The notes beneath the pieces were generated by a model. The model saw only the letters and a list, made by a program, of their open reading frames with translations, was not told where the DNA came from and did no database searches. A DNA stretch of 24,000 bases from Streptococcus phage vB_Sags-UPM1. The DNA lies in sequence record OQ633473.1. The stretch is one strand, 5' to 3'. The number at the start of each line of letters is the position of its first letter. Position 1 is the first letter of the stretch. The position numbers and the translations under genes are program-made. Below, one piece after another: positions 16,454 through 24,000 of this stretch.

Positions 16454-17014
16454 TTACTCCACTTCTTTTGCCCATCTAAACGCCCAGTCGAAATCTTTGC
16501 GGATTTCGGATTCTGTTAGTTGTAAATCATTATCTATCTTTAGTAAGTCTAAGTTATCTCTATGCATAACTTTAATACTTACATTTCCGCTAAGTTGTCT
16601 CATCAGCACAAAACTTAACTGTCTTTCATTCGGATTAGGTATCTCAACCGTATACAGCTTTTCTTTTTCAACTGTGTAGCCGAATTGGTGCATGTTGACG
16701 ATAATTTCAAATGCACAATCTTCCCCAAAAAACCAATCTAAAAATCGTTTATCTTTTTCAGAAATAATTGGCGGATTAGCTTGCACATACATCAATTGTT
16801 CATCAATTCTGATTAATTCAATAATGGTTTCAAAAATACCCTCTTTATTGTTTTCATACCAATCAGCCACAAACTGTGGCACTACTGGTTTTGGTTGGTC
16901 GAGTTGGTCGAGTAATACTTTCGCATCACGTTTTTTAATCAACACATCATCATAAAAACCATGTGTATATGTTTCGATTTCTTCAAATCTAATTTTCGCT
17001 TCTTCAATCTTCAT
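16454..17014 (-). CDS. DUF1642 family phage protein
   Basis: 186 aa; 'PVVPQFVADWYENNK', C-terminus 'LTESEIRKDFDWAFRWAKEVE'. Confidence 0.8.
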   Translation of the reverse strand: MKIEEAKIRFEEIETYTHGFYDDVLIKKRDAKVLLDQLDQPKPVVPQFVADWYENNKEGIFETIIELIRIDEQLMYVQANPPIISEKDKRFLDWFFGEDCAFEIIVNMHQFGYTVEKEKLYTVEIPNPNERQLSFVLMRQLSGNVSIKVMHRDNLDLLKIDNDLQLTESEIRKDFDWAFRWAKEVE

Positions 17015-17246
17015 TTGCTATTACCTCAAAAAATATTTCACCGCATTTTTTACACTTAAGTCTATAACCTGATTTGTCAATCACCCATTTAAAAAAATGA
17101 TCATGATTATCATCGCTATTTAATCGCTCATACGAAGAACGAAAATACTTTAAAAAATCTTCAACATTAATTACTGCATATCCATTACTGTCAGTTCTAA
17201 ACTTTAAATATTCGACTAGTATTTGTTCAATGTCTTCAATATTCAT
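17004..17246 (-). CDS. Hypothetical phage protein with CxxC pair
   Basis: 80 aa; 'GYRLKCKKCGEIFFEV'. Confidence 0.5.
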   Translation of the reverse strand: MNIEDIEQILVEYLKFRTDSNGYAVINVEDFLKYFRSSYERLNSDDNHDHFFKWVIDKSGYRLKCKKCGEIFFEVIANED

Positions 17247-17475
17247 TTGCTACCTCGCTATCTATTAAAATATCTCTAAGTGATATAATTTTAGCTTTCA
17301 TAACATAATCATCATCATACCTATATTTTTCAGGTGTAAGTTCAAACGCTCTATCAATAGCTGATCGAAGACTATCAGCTATTACAACAACTTCAGTTTT
17401 ATTAGCTGTTATGGAATTAGGAAAATGTTTATTATACTCAATAATTTCCATTTTAAACTCAGTTAATATTTTCAT
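17236..17475 (-). CDS. Hypothetical phage protein
   Basis: 79 aa, tightly packed in operon. Confidence 0.45.
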   Translation of the reverse strand: MKILTEFKMEIIEYNKHFPNSITANKTEVVVIADSLRSAIDRAFELTPEKYRYDDDYVMKAKIISLRDILIDSEVANEY

Positions 17476-17541
17476 TTGCTACCTCTTTCTGCTTCAAAAT
17501 GTAATAAAGGTGTTCTTCAAATTCGTTCATCAGCAACCACC

Positions 17542-17703
17542 TCAGCAACCTGAATCGATTCGCTCTTTAAATCTTTCAATGTCATCTACCACATCAGCCA
17601 ACACTCGTTTTTCTTGGATTATGTCTTTTTCACTTGCACCGTTACGTTCAATGTAATGTTCAAGCGCATGTTTTAGGATGTGTAATCTTCTAAATTCGTT
17701 CAT
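17542..17703 (-). CDS. Small hypothetical protein, 53 aa (not in supplied ORF track)
   Basis: MNEFRRLHILKHALEHYIERNGASEKDIIQEKRVLADVVDDIERFKERIDSGC in an otherwise empty minus-strand gap. Confidence 0.45.
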   Translation of the reverse strand: MNEFRRLHILKHALEHYIERNGASEKDIIQEKRVLADVVDDIERFKERIDSGC

Positions 17704-17750
17704 GCTGGGCCTCGTTTAAATAATCATATATTGTCATTTGCTCAACTTTC

Positions 17751-18500
17751 TCAAAATAGACTGGTTTGAAAGGTACTCAACATTTCTGAATGTGCTTTCT
17801 TATAAAAATCTTTCTTTATTTCAAAACCATAAGCATTCCGATTCATTTCAATCGCTGCTCGAATAGTTGAGCCACTTCCAGCTACTGGATCAATAACAAC
17901 ATCTTCCGGATCTGTAAAGATTTCAATTAATCGTTTTAAAACTGGGATAGGTTTTTGTGTGGGATGAATTGTAGGATATGAACTATCTTTTTCCCAAACC
18001 ATATGATTTAGAACCATTGAGCCATTGTTGTTAAATTTCGGTAGTTTATCACGGTATAAAACCGTCGCCTCTTCTGTTGCTCCAACAATTTTCATATTTG
18101 CCTTTAATACTTGCGGACTAGATTTTTTTGTAAAATATAAAGGATAAGCATTATTGAAACCATGTTTCTTGCCACATTGAATAACCATTTCTCTTTGTTG
18201 CCATGAGTGAAACACAATCATTGCAGGTGCCTTTCCTTTTTCTTTCGGTTCTTTTTTTAGCAACCTTGCACAAAAATCAAAGAAGTTATTAATTTTAAAG
18301 TCATTATCTGTATCAAAGAATGACTTACCAGCCAATTTTGATTCACCGTTTTTATTACTGCCATCTTCATACCACCGTGGATCACTTGCATAAGCGTTAT
18401 TTCCTAAGTTGTAAGGAATATCTGCAATAATTAATTGCGCTCTTGGAATCTGATACCGTTTTGCATTTTCGAAGTGGTCATTAAATAATTCGTACTTCAT
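17751..18500 (-). CDS. Site-specific DNA methyltransferase, DNA_methylase N4/N6 type, orphan
   Basis: 249 aa; 'LIIADIPYNLG' and 'PTIHPTQKPIPVLKRLIEIFTDPEDVVIDPVAGSGSTIRAA'. No restriction gene adjacent. Confidence 0.92.
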   Translation of the reverse strand: MKYELFNDHFENAKRYQIPRAQLIIADIPYNLGNNAYASDPRWYEDGSNKNGESKLAGKSFFDTDNDFKINNFFDFCARLLKKEPKEKGKAPAMIVFHSWQQREMVIQCGKKHGFNNAYPLYFTKKSSPQVLKANMKIVGATEEATVLYRDKLPKFNNNGSMVLNHMVWEKDSSYPTIHPTQKPIPVLKRLIEIFTDPEDVVIDPVAGSGSTIRAAIEMNRNAYGFEIKKDFYKKAHSEMLSTFQTSLF

Positions 18501-18502
18501 CC

Positions 18503-18793
18503 CTATCCCCCATTTCCAGTCAGCTCAGCAATCCGTTTTGTCTGTCTAGCTCTATCATCACTAGCACGTTTAAGCTGCTTTTGTGTCCTGCTTAACTGTG
18601 TCCGCAATTCTGTAATTTGTAGCTTGTAGTGGTCTTTCAGTGCGACGTTTAAAATAGATATAGCCATCAGCACAATCGATAAAAACGTTATGATATTGTT
18701 TCGTCTAATGTTCAATTTGTCTTTTTTCGCTAACTCATAAAGCAAGCAATCAATCATCTGTTGTTCAGTCATTTCGTCACCTCCTCTATCCAC
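18503..18793 (-). CDS. Small membrane protein with coiled-coil C-terminus
   Basis: 96 aa; TM-like 'NNIITFLSIVLMAISILNVAL' then 'LRTQLSRTQKQLKRA'. Confidence 0.5.
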   Translation of the reverse strand: MDRGGDEMTEQQMIDCLLYELAKKDKLNIRRNNIITFLSIVLMAISILNVALKDHYKLQITELRTQLSRTQKQLKRASDDRARQTKRIAELTGNGG

Positions 18794-18933
18794 TCAATGA
18801 CATCTAAATACATATTTGCTTGCGCTAACTGCCATCTCTCAAAATCGGACAGATTGTCTTTTCCCCACTCATATCCGATAAGCCGCAAATCACGCTGTTC
18901 TGTCAGAAATGCAATTACTTCTTCTTTTGTCAT
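18769..18933 (-). CDS. Small hypothetical phage protein, 54 aa (not in supplied ORF track)
   Basis: MTKEEVIAFLTEQRDLRLIGYEWGKDNLSDFERWQLAQANMYLDVIEWIEEVTK; start overlaps the end of the YopX gene. Confidence 0.55.
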   Translation of the reverse strand: MTKEEVIAFLTEQRDLRLIGYEWGKDNLSDFERWQLAQANMYLDVIEWIEEVTK

Positions 18934-19310
18934 TCTTCCACGCTTTCTAGTAATTCGCTGTTTTGATATATGTTTCCGATTGCTTCACAAACCTCTTTTC
19001 TTAACCACAATTCTGTCCCTCGACGTATATTATCAATGCGCCAAGAGCCACCTCTGAATTGATTTACTTTAAAAAGTTCAAAATCGCTAGTAATTGTGTA
19101 TCGTAGCTTAACAATGTCATCTTTAAAAATCTCAACGCCATTTTTATCAAACATTCCTGTTGATTGCATGAGTATAAGTTGCTTAATATCGCCTATTGCA
19201 ACACCTCCATGATCATCTTTTAATCCAACATCACCGTTTTCGTAATCAATAAGGGTAACCTCATACATGCGTTTGAATTTCTTTGACCACGCTCTAAATT
19301 TTGGTATCAT
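18930..19310 (-). CDS. YopX family protein
   Basis: 126 aa; 'PKFRAWSKKFKRMYEV...LMQSTGMFDKNGVEIFKDDIVKL'. Confidence 0.9.
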   Translation of the reverse strand: MIPKFRAWSKKFKRMYEVTLIDYENGDVGLKDDHGGVAIGDIKQLILMQSTGMFDKNGVEIFKDDIVKLRYTITSDFELFKVNQFRGGSWRIDNIRRGTELWLRKEVCEAIGNIYQNSELLESVEE

Positions 19311-19465
19311 AACTCACCTCTCAAAAAATACTCTGCATCACTTTTAGCGATTAAGCTATCACGATAAGCAATAGCTTCGTCTTTAGTCTTAAACTCTTTG
19401 TCTTTATAAACAGTAGGCAACACTCGTCCGCCAATGTGATCGTAAACCCTAACTACGTGTGTCAT
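19307..19465 (-). CDS. Small hypothetical protein, 52 aa (not in supplied ORF track)
   Basis: MTHVVRVYDHIGGRVLPTVYKDKEFKTKDEAIAYRDSLIAKSDAEYFLRGEL; stop overlaps yopX start (ATGA). Confidence 0.55.
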   Translation of the reverse strand: MTHVVRVYDHIGGRVLPTVYKDKEFKTKDEAIAYRDSLIAKSDAEYFLRGEL

Positions 19466-19745
19466 TTGCATTCTCCGTTTTCTCTAGCCAGATTGACAAC
19501 ATTGTGCAATAATTAGCCATGTCATTTAACGTGTCTGACAGGCTTTCTGAGACGTTTTTATCGCTGCTTATAAGATTATATAGTCTGTTATATTTATCGC
19601 TTATACGGACGACACCAGCAATAAATCCGAAGTCATTCAAAGACTTTTCGAACGAGTTTCCATAATCTGCATTTTTAGCTAAAAACATTTGATAATTTTC
19701 ATTGTATGCAGCTTGCATACTCTCTGCGTTTATTTTATCTGCCAT
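19449..19745 (-). CDS. DUF1599/nucleotide modification associated domain-like protein
   Basis: 98 aa; 'KNADYGNSFEKSLNDFGFIAGVVRISDKYNRLYNL'. Confidence 0.7.
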   Translation of the reverse strand: MADKINAESMQAAYNENYQMFLAKNADYGNSFEKSLNDFGFIAGVVRISDKYNRLYNLISSDKNVSESLSDTLNDMANYCTMLSIWLEKTENANDTRS

Positions 19746-19823
19746 ACTATACCTCCTCAGAAAGTCATTGCTGCGTACATCAATCGCTTAACTTTCTTGT
19801 AATGGTCTAACTTTTTAAATTTA

Positions 19824-20174
19824 TTAATGATATCCATTTACTATTTTTAAAGCGTCGTCGACTGACCTTGCAACCCCAACAAGCGCACCTCTTGACGCCA
19901 TTACCTCCATAAATTTTTTTTGCTCTGGTCTCACTCGACCAGTTTCGTTTTTTACTTCGATGAAGAATGCTTTCGCATCTCCTTTGCGAAATCCTGATAA
20001 GTCACAATATCCCTTTGGTACTCCAGTCTCGAACCATCGACCGTTTTGCATTTTGACTTTGCCAACGTTGATTCTGAATACTGTGTGACCTGCTTTGGAT
20101 AAACCCATTCGGATTAGGTTTTGGATATCATGTTCAGAAAGTGACGTAGTTAACTTTTCGTTTTGCTGATTCAA
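19824..20174 (-). CDS. VRR-NUC domain nuclease
   Basis: 116 aa; 'GVPKGYCDLSGFRKGDAKAFFIEVKNETGRVRPEQKKFMEVMASRGALVGVARSVDDAL'. Confidence 0.92.
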   Translation of the reverse strand: MNQQNEKLTTSLSEHDIQNLIRMGLSKAGHTVFRINVGKVKMQNGRWFETGVPKGYCDLSGFRKGDAKAFFIEVKNETGRVRPEQKKFMEVMASRGALVGVARSVDDALKIVNGYH

Positions 20175-21000
20175 TAGTTAATTCAAACTCCTCTCGTGTG
20201 AATACATCTTTACCCTTTACTGTTCCAATGATTGATGTTAAATCGTCAATATCAATACCGTTTTCAAACGCCCAGCATGCGCCTTTAAACAAATCATCAT
20301 TCCTGTTATATGATGTTCCAGTTGCTACACGTTCATAAGCCTCACGTCCCTCATGATTTCCAGTTGTTTTTTGTTTAACGATTGAACCACCGAAGTATGT
20401 AACGATGCTATCTTGTTTTGGTTTGAAAATTTCTTCTTCAAATTTTCCATCGTAGTAAGGTAATCTTTTGACGGCTTGTAATACTTCTCGTCCGTCTGAC
20501 GGAAATATCTTCACATAGTTGTTGTCATTCGCTTTGATGTCAACTCCGGGCATAACACCAATCTTTTGTGAGTAATTTATGCCATCACGTTTTTTGAATA
20601 AAACGTGCATTCCACCGCTTTTAGTAACCTCAACGAAAGTATTTTTAAAATTTCTTATCAATTCATCTTTATGCTCATTTCGGATAATTGATGAATAACC
20701 ATCTAAACCATTTCCGTATTGATCAGTAGAAAGTACTGTTAATAAATCAACACCTAAAGATTTAATCATTGTCAGTAATTCGCTTGCCAACTGCTCGTTC
20801 ATTTCGTGCGTATCAATATCAATACACCACATGCCACGCATTAGTAATGCGTAATCACAATTAAACCAATTTATTGATTCTATTATTTCTTTCGTCATCT
20901 CTCTATCTTTAAATGGAATAATCGGTCTACCAGTCTTTTTACTAAGTGGTATTACCTGATATCCCTTCTTTAAGAACGAAAGTGCCGTAGTGTGATACAT
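20134..21000 (-). CDS. Bifunctional primase/polymerase (Prim-Pol) domain protein
   Basis: 288 aa; 'ALSFLKKGYQVIPLSKKTGRPIIPFKD...YALLMRGMWCIDIDTHE...FVEVTKSGGMHVLF'. Confidence 0.85.
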   Translation of the reverse strand: MYHTTALSFLKKGYQVIPLSKKTGRPIIPFKDREMTKEIIESINWFNCDYALLMRGMWCIDIDTHEMNEQLASELLTMIKSLGVDLLTVLSTDQYGNGLDGYSSIIRNEHKDELIRNFKNTFVEVTKSGGMHVLFKKRDGINYSQKIGVMPGVDIKANDNNYVKIFPSDGREVLQAVKRLPYYDGKFEEEIFKPKQDSIVTYFGGSIVKQKTTGNHEGREAYERVATGTSYNRNDDLFKGACWAFENGIDIDDLTSIIGTVKGKDVFTREEFELTIESAKRKVNYVTF

Positions 21001-21234
21001 AGTCCGTAACCTCTCTAAATACTGATATAATAATGTTTACAACACTTAGGTTACGCGGTTCGCCGGTTACACCATACCCTACCCTTATATATAATTAATA
21101 ATTAACAAATCATTAATTAGACTATTAGTTGGTAACCCCGTAACTTTTTGATTTTTAGCTTTGAAAATCATTGGCGCTCTAAGGTTTAAGTAGGTTACGC
21201 ACTTTCATCAAAAGTCCGTAACCAGTCCGTAACC
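21001..21234. repeat. Iteron-like cluster of AGTCCGTAACC / GGTTACGGACT and degenerate copies
   Basis: Perfect 11-mers at 21001-21011, 21213-21223, 21224-21234. Further CGTAAC/GTTACG cores at 21050-21055, 21139-21144, 21194-21199 and GGTTACACC at 21065-21073, around an AT-rich stretch at about 21085-21125. Confidence 0.65.
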
Positions 21235-21244
21235 CCGCAACCTT

Positions 21245-22798
21245 TTAAATGACATATTTATCGAAACGTGCTTTATTTTCAATTTCATATCCTCTAACTG
21301 TTCGCCCGTTGACTTTCTTAGACCTGCTACGAACGCCAATTTCAGATATTGCTTTACTTAATGCATTATTGTTTTTGCCATACACCTGCAATGATAAATC
21401 AATAACTTCTTTGTTATTAGTCCGTTGTACAAAATCGACTTCTTGCAATGCATTGATGAGTGCCACTTGAAACTCGTCTAAATCGATATCATTAAACACT
21501 TCAACATTTTTCCATTGATACCACTTGCCGATTTTTTGGAAATACTCAAGCGAGTTCAACAAGAAACCAATGCAACCATCTATCTTAGGATTCTTATCAC
21601 GATCAGCGAACGCTTGCCAATAAGGTTTAAATATCTGTTCGCGCTCGTAATCAGTTTCCTCTTTTGGTCTATCTTTAAATTGAATCAATACTTTTCGTCC
21701 GTTCATTTCATCTGATAAAGCAACTGTGCGGTTTGTATCAACGCATAACACTGATGATAAAGTAACCATTGATTGATTCTGGCCAATAGCTCGGGCAACG
21801 TGTGTTTTCTCAGTCGCAATGATTTTAAGCACTCGTTCCATTGCGTTACCTTGAATATCTCCCTGTTCTGTTGCTAGTGCCATTTCGCCACCAGAGAACA
21901 TCGCCCACGCTTGTAATGCCTCAAAACCGTTACTCTTTAAAGTGTCTAACTCAACATCAATCTTATTGAATAATCCAGATAAAGCTATGTGACGTAGCCC
22001 CTTCCCCGTCCGTACCCCAGATTTTGAGATAAAAAAGTTCGTTTTCGCACGGACGCCACATGATACCTGCGCTATGAAATAAGCTTGGAGCATTGCGTTG
22101 TTAAGTGAATTGCTATCTGCAATAACGTACTCTAAAAATTGATTTGCGGTTGTTTTACTTGCGATTGCCGTTTGATAGTCAACATCGTAGTATTTGAAGT
22201 AGGAAACATTTTGCATTGGATGTGTATCGATAATTTCCGAGTTCTCGAGGTCGATGATGAAATCCTTACAAGCAATCTGATATGGTTCAATATAGTTAAT
22301 CGGTTTGATGTCTAAGGTTTTGTGAATACCTTGTAGTATTTCTAAAATGTGACCTGAATCTTTGAAACCGTATCTCGTTTGGAGTGTGAAATCGTCAATA
22401 AGTTTGAATTGTCTGTACCTCACATCGTATAATTTGTTTTCAAAGAATGTGTAAGCACCAAGTATGTAATCAATAACCAATTTCGCGAACGGCGGGAAGT
22501 TATTTTCGACAGTGTAAGTTAGATATTCACCGCCTTGCTTATCAGTTTTAAGTTTTGTTTCTCCGAATAGAAATCTGTAAGTCTTGCGTCCATCCGATAC
22601 GAAATACATGACATCTTCGTCTTTAACCAACTCTGAATAAAATAGCTTATGAATATAACCGTTTTTATCTATTGGAACAATTTTGAATAAGTGTTTTCTT
22701 AATTCAGCTTTAAGAACTGATTCACCGAAGATTGGGTCACCCCAATCTGTTTCGGTGGTCAGTTTTGATAAAGCTTCTATAAATTCATTTGATGTCAT
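21245..22798 (-). CDS. Phage primase C-terminal/SF3-type helicase-like protein
   Basis: 517 aa; 'NFFISKSGVRTGKGLRHIALSGLF' P-loop, 'MFSGGEMALATEQGDIQGNAMERVLKIIATEKTHVARAIGQNQSMVTLSSVLCVDTN'. Confidence 0.8.
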   Translation of the reverse strand: MTSNEFIEALSKLTTETDWGDPIFGESVLKAELRKHLFKIVPIDKNGYIHKLFYSELVKDEDVMYFVSDGRKTYRFLFGETKLKTDKQGGEYLTYTVENNFPPFAKLVIDYILGAYTFFENKLYDVRYRQFKLIDDFTLQTRYGFKDSGHILEILQGIHKTLDIKPINYIEPYQIACKDFIIDLENSEIIDTHPMQNVSYFKYYDVDYQTAIASKTTANQFLEYVIADSNSLNNAMLQAYFIAQVSCGVRAKTNFFISKSGVRTGKGLRHIALSGLFNKIDVELDTLKSNGFEALQAWAMFSGGEMALATEQGDIQGNAMERVLKIIATEKTHVARAIGQNQSMVTLSSVLCVDTNRTVALSDEMNGRKVLIQFKDRPKEETDYEREQIFKPYWQAFADRDKNPKIDGCIGFLLNSLEYFQKIGKWYQWKNVEVFNDIDLDEFQVALINALQEVDFVQRTNNKEVIDLSLQVYGKNNNALSKAISEIGVRSRSKKVNGRTVRGYEIENKARFDKYVI

Positions 22799-22815
22799 TT
22801 ATCCCCCAAATCTAA

Positions 22816-23298
22816 TTAGAACGGAAGATCGTCATCTTTAATCTCCGCTTGTGTAAATCCAGTTGTTTTTTCTTTCCAAACGTGTTGTGAATTTGGTACT
22901 TCACTTTGGTTTGCGTAACGAACTTTCGGGTATTTATTTCCGTTATATTCGTCAAGTTTAACAGTTACTTTTGCAGTACGTCCTTTAAAGTCATTCAAGA
23001 ATGCCTCAAAACTATCGTAGTGTTGCCCCTCTTTGATACCAAGCGCTTTTGCTTTACCCATTAAGATTCCAATGTGATATTTTCCAGTTTGTGAATTAGG
23101 GTATTGCTCATCCCATAAATGGAAGTTTTGCATTTCTTGTTTAATGTCATTTCGGACGACATAATCGATAACGACACGCTTTTTATTGTTGCGTTCGTTT
23201 ACTGCTTCGTAAGCATCAAAGACAATCATTTCGTATGGTTGCTCTTTAAATTCTGCGTGTTCTTTAACTTCTGAAAAATCTGTTGTAAATCCTGCCAT
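22816..23298 (-). CDS. DUF669 family protein (phage replication-associated)
   Basis: 160 aa; 'YEMIVFDAYEAVNERNNKKRVVIDYVVRND...VTVKLDEYNGNKYPKVRYANQSE'. Confidence 0.85.
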   Translation of the reverse strand: MAGFTTDFSEVKEHAEFKEQPYEMIVFDAYEAVNERNNKKRVVIDYVVRNDIKQEMQNFHLWDEQYPNSQTGKYHIGILMGKAKALGIKEGQHYDSFEAFLNDFKGRTAKVTVKLDEYNGNKYPKVRYANQSEVPNSQHVWKEKTTGFTQAEIKDDDLPF

Positions 23299-23310
23299 GT
23301 TTTTATCCTC

Positions 23311-24000
23311 TTAATTTCTAATTTTTTTACTCATCCAATTGAAAGCTTGATAGACTTCCGTTGATGATTTGTTTGTTTCGGAAATAATTTCATCCATTAG
23401 TATTTTTGTGTCTAAATTATTCTTAATGTAGTAATACACCAACTTATAAAGCGGGTTGCCCTTGCCAGCATCTTTAACTCTAGCTTGGGCGATTTCCCAG
23501 TTTGTTTTTAAATCTTTACCAAACTTCTTCTTAGCAAGTTGCTTGATTCTAAATTGTTCACGTTTGATAAGTTCAAGTTCTGCCTCTATGCGTTCTTTCT
23601 CTTGTTTTTCTTTCAATCCAAAATCATGATTGCATAATTCACAGAGCTGTTGACTAAGTGGCCACAAAGCTGAACACACAGGACATTCTTTTGCGTGTAC
23701 CGTGTTAGTTTTATTCGACTTCTTTTTCCACCCGCCTTGAAAATAATTTTTCCAATCATGTGGAGTGTCGGGCAAGCCGTGAATATTCCAGTTGCCTACG
23801 TGGTCGAGAATAATTGCCTTTTTATTTGGTTGATATCTCATTGATCGCATCGATTGTTGAAGAAATAAAACAAGCGACTTTGTCGGCCTGCATAGTATAG
23901 TCACTGTACAGTCGGGTACATCGAATCCCTCTGATATCAAGTCGACATTACAAACAACTTGAATCTTACCGTCACGGAAATCTTGCATGATTTTATCTCG
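23311..24000 (-). CDS. DEAD/DEAH-type helicase, C-terminal part (N-terminus beyond window)
   Basis: 'VVCNVDLISEGFDVPDCTVTILCRPTKSLVLFLQQSMRSMRYQPNKKAIILDHVGN' motifs V/VI and 'CPVC...CELC' finger. The codons RDKI before the called start show the frame runs off the window. Confidence 0.92.
   Translation of the reverse strand, partial: RDKIMQDFRDGKIQVVCNVDLISEGFDVPDCTVTILCRPTKSLVLFLQQSMRSMRYQPNKKAIILDHVGNWNIHGLPDTPHDWKNYFQGGWKKKSNKTNTVHAKECPVCSALWPLSQQLCELCNHDFGLKEKQEKERIEAELELIKREQFRIKQLAKKKFGKDLKTNWEIAQARVKDAGKGNPLYKLVYYYIKNNLDTKILMDEIISETNKSSTEVYQAFNWMSKKIRN

Noticed and set aside
16497-16955. Plus-strand ORFs 16497..16679 and 16692..16955
   Set aside because: Antisense to the DUF1642 gene.
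17459-17530. Possible 23-aa ORF MNEFEEHLYYILKQKEVANENIN
   Set aside because: Too short and overlapping; cannot be supported without translation data.
21249-21715. Plus-strand ORFs 21249..21470 and 21515..21715
   Set aside because: Antisense to the SF3-type primase/helicase gene.
1-24000. CRISPR array, transposon or reverse-transcriptase based defence system
   Set aside because: No regularly spaced repeats of CRISPR type, no transposase and no RT motifs seen in any supplied ORF.

Overview
The window is a slice of a Lactobacillales (Streptococcus-like) siphophage or prophage. Almost every gene is on the minus strand, so in transcription order it reads from the right edge to the left. Order: replication and accessory genes (helicase, DUF669, SF3-type primase/helicase, Prim-Pol, VRR-NUC, DUF1599, YopX, orphan DNA methyltransferase, DUF1642, HNH homing endonuclease), then an ArpU-like late regulator, an RNA-rich non-coding region, and the packaging, head and tail genes (terS, terL, portal, MuF, scaffold, capsid, connectors, major tail, gpG/gpT, tape measure, start of Dit). 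A hicAB-like toxin/antitoxin pair sits on the plus strand between the RNA region and terS. The most interesting region is about 13.5-14.43 kb. It has no credible ORF, looks more GC-rich than its surroundings, and holds several strong hairpins plus a long-range helix. Upstream it is bounded by a tRNA-like acceptor/T-arm minihelix. Downstream it is bounded by a tRNA-Ser(GCU) and a 101-nt tRNA-like element with an apparent 12-bp extra arm. Size and context fit the large ornate phage ncRNAs (ROOL/GOLLD type), but class membership is inference and needs a covariance search. Other points: a T_TTT_TTA -1 frameshift between gpG and gpT, an apparently broken or non-canonical terS start, shared operator-like repeats between hicAB and terS, iteron-like GGTTACGGACT repeats before the Prim-Pol gene, TGTATAAA repeats 20 bp apart right after arpU, and an HNH gene that seems to have captured the 3' end of a DUF1642 gene.
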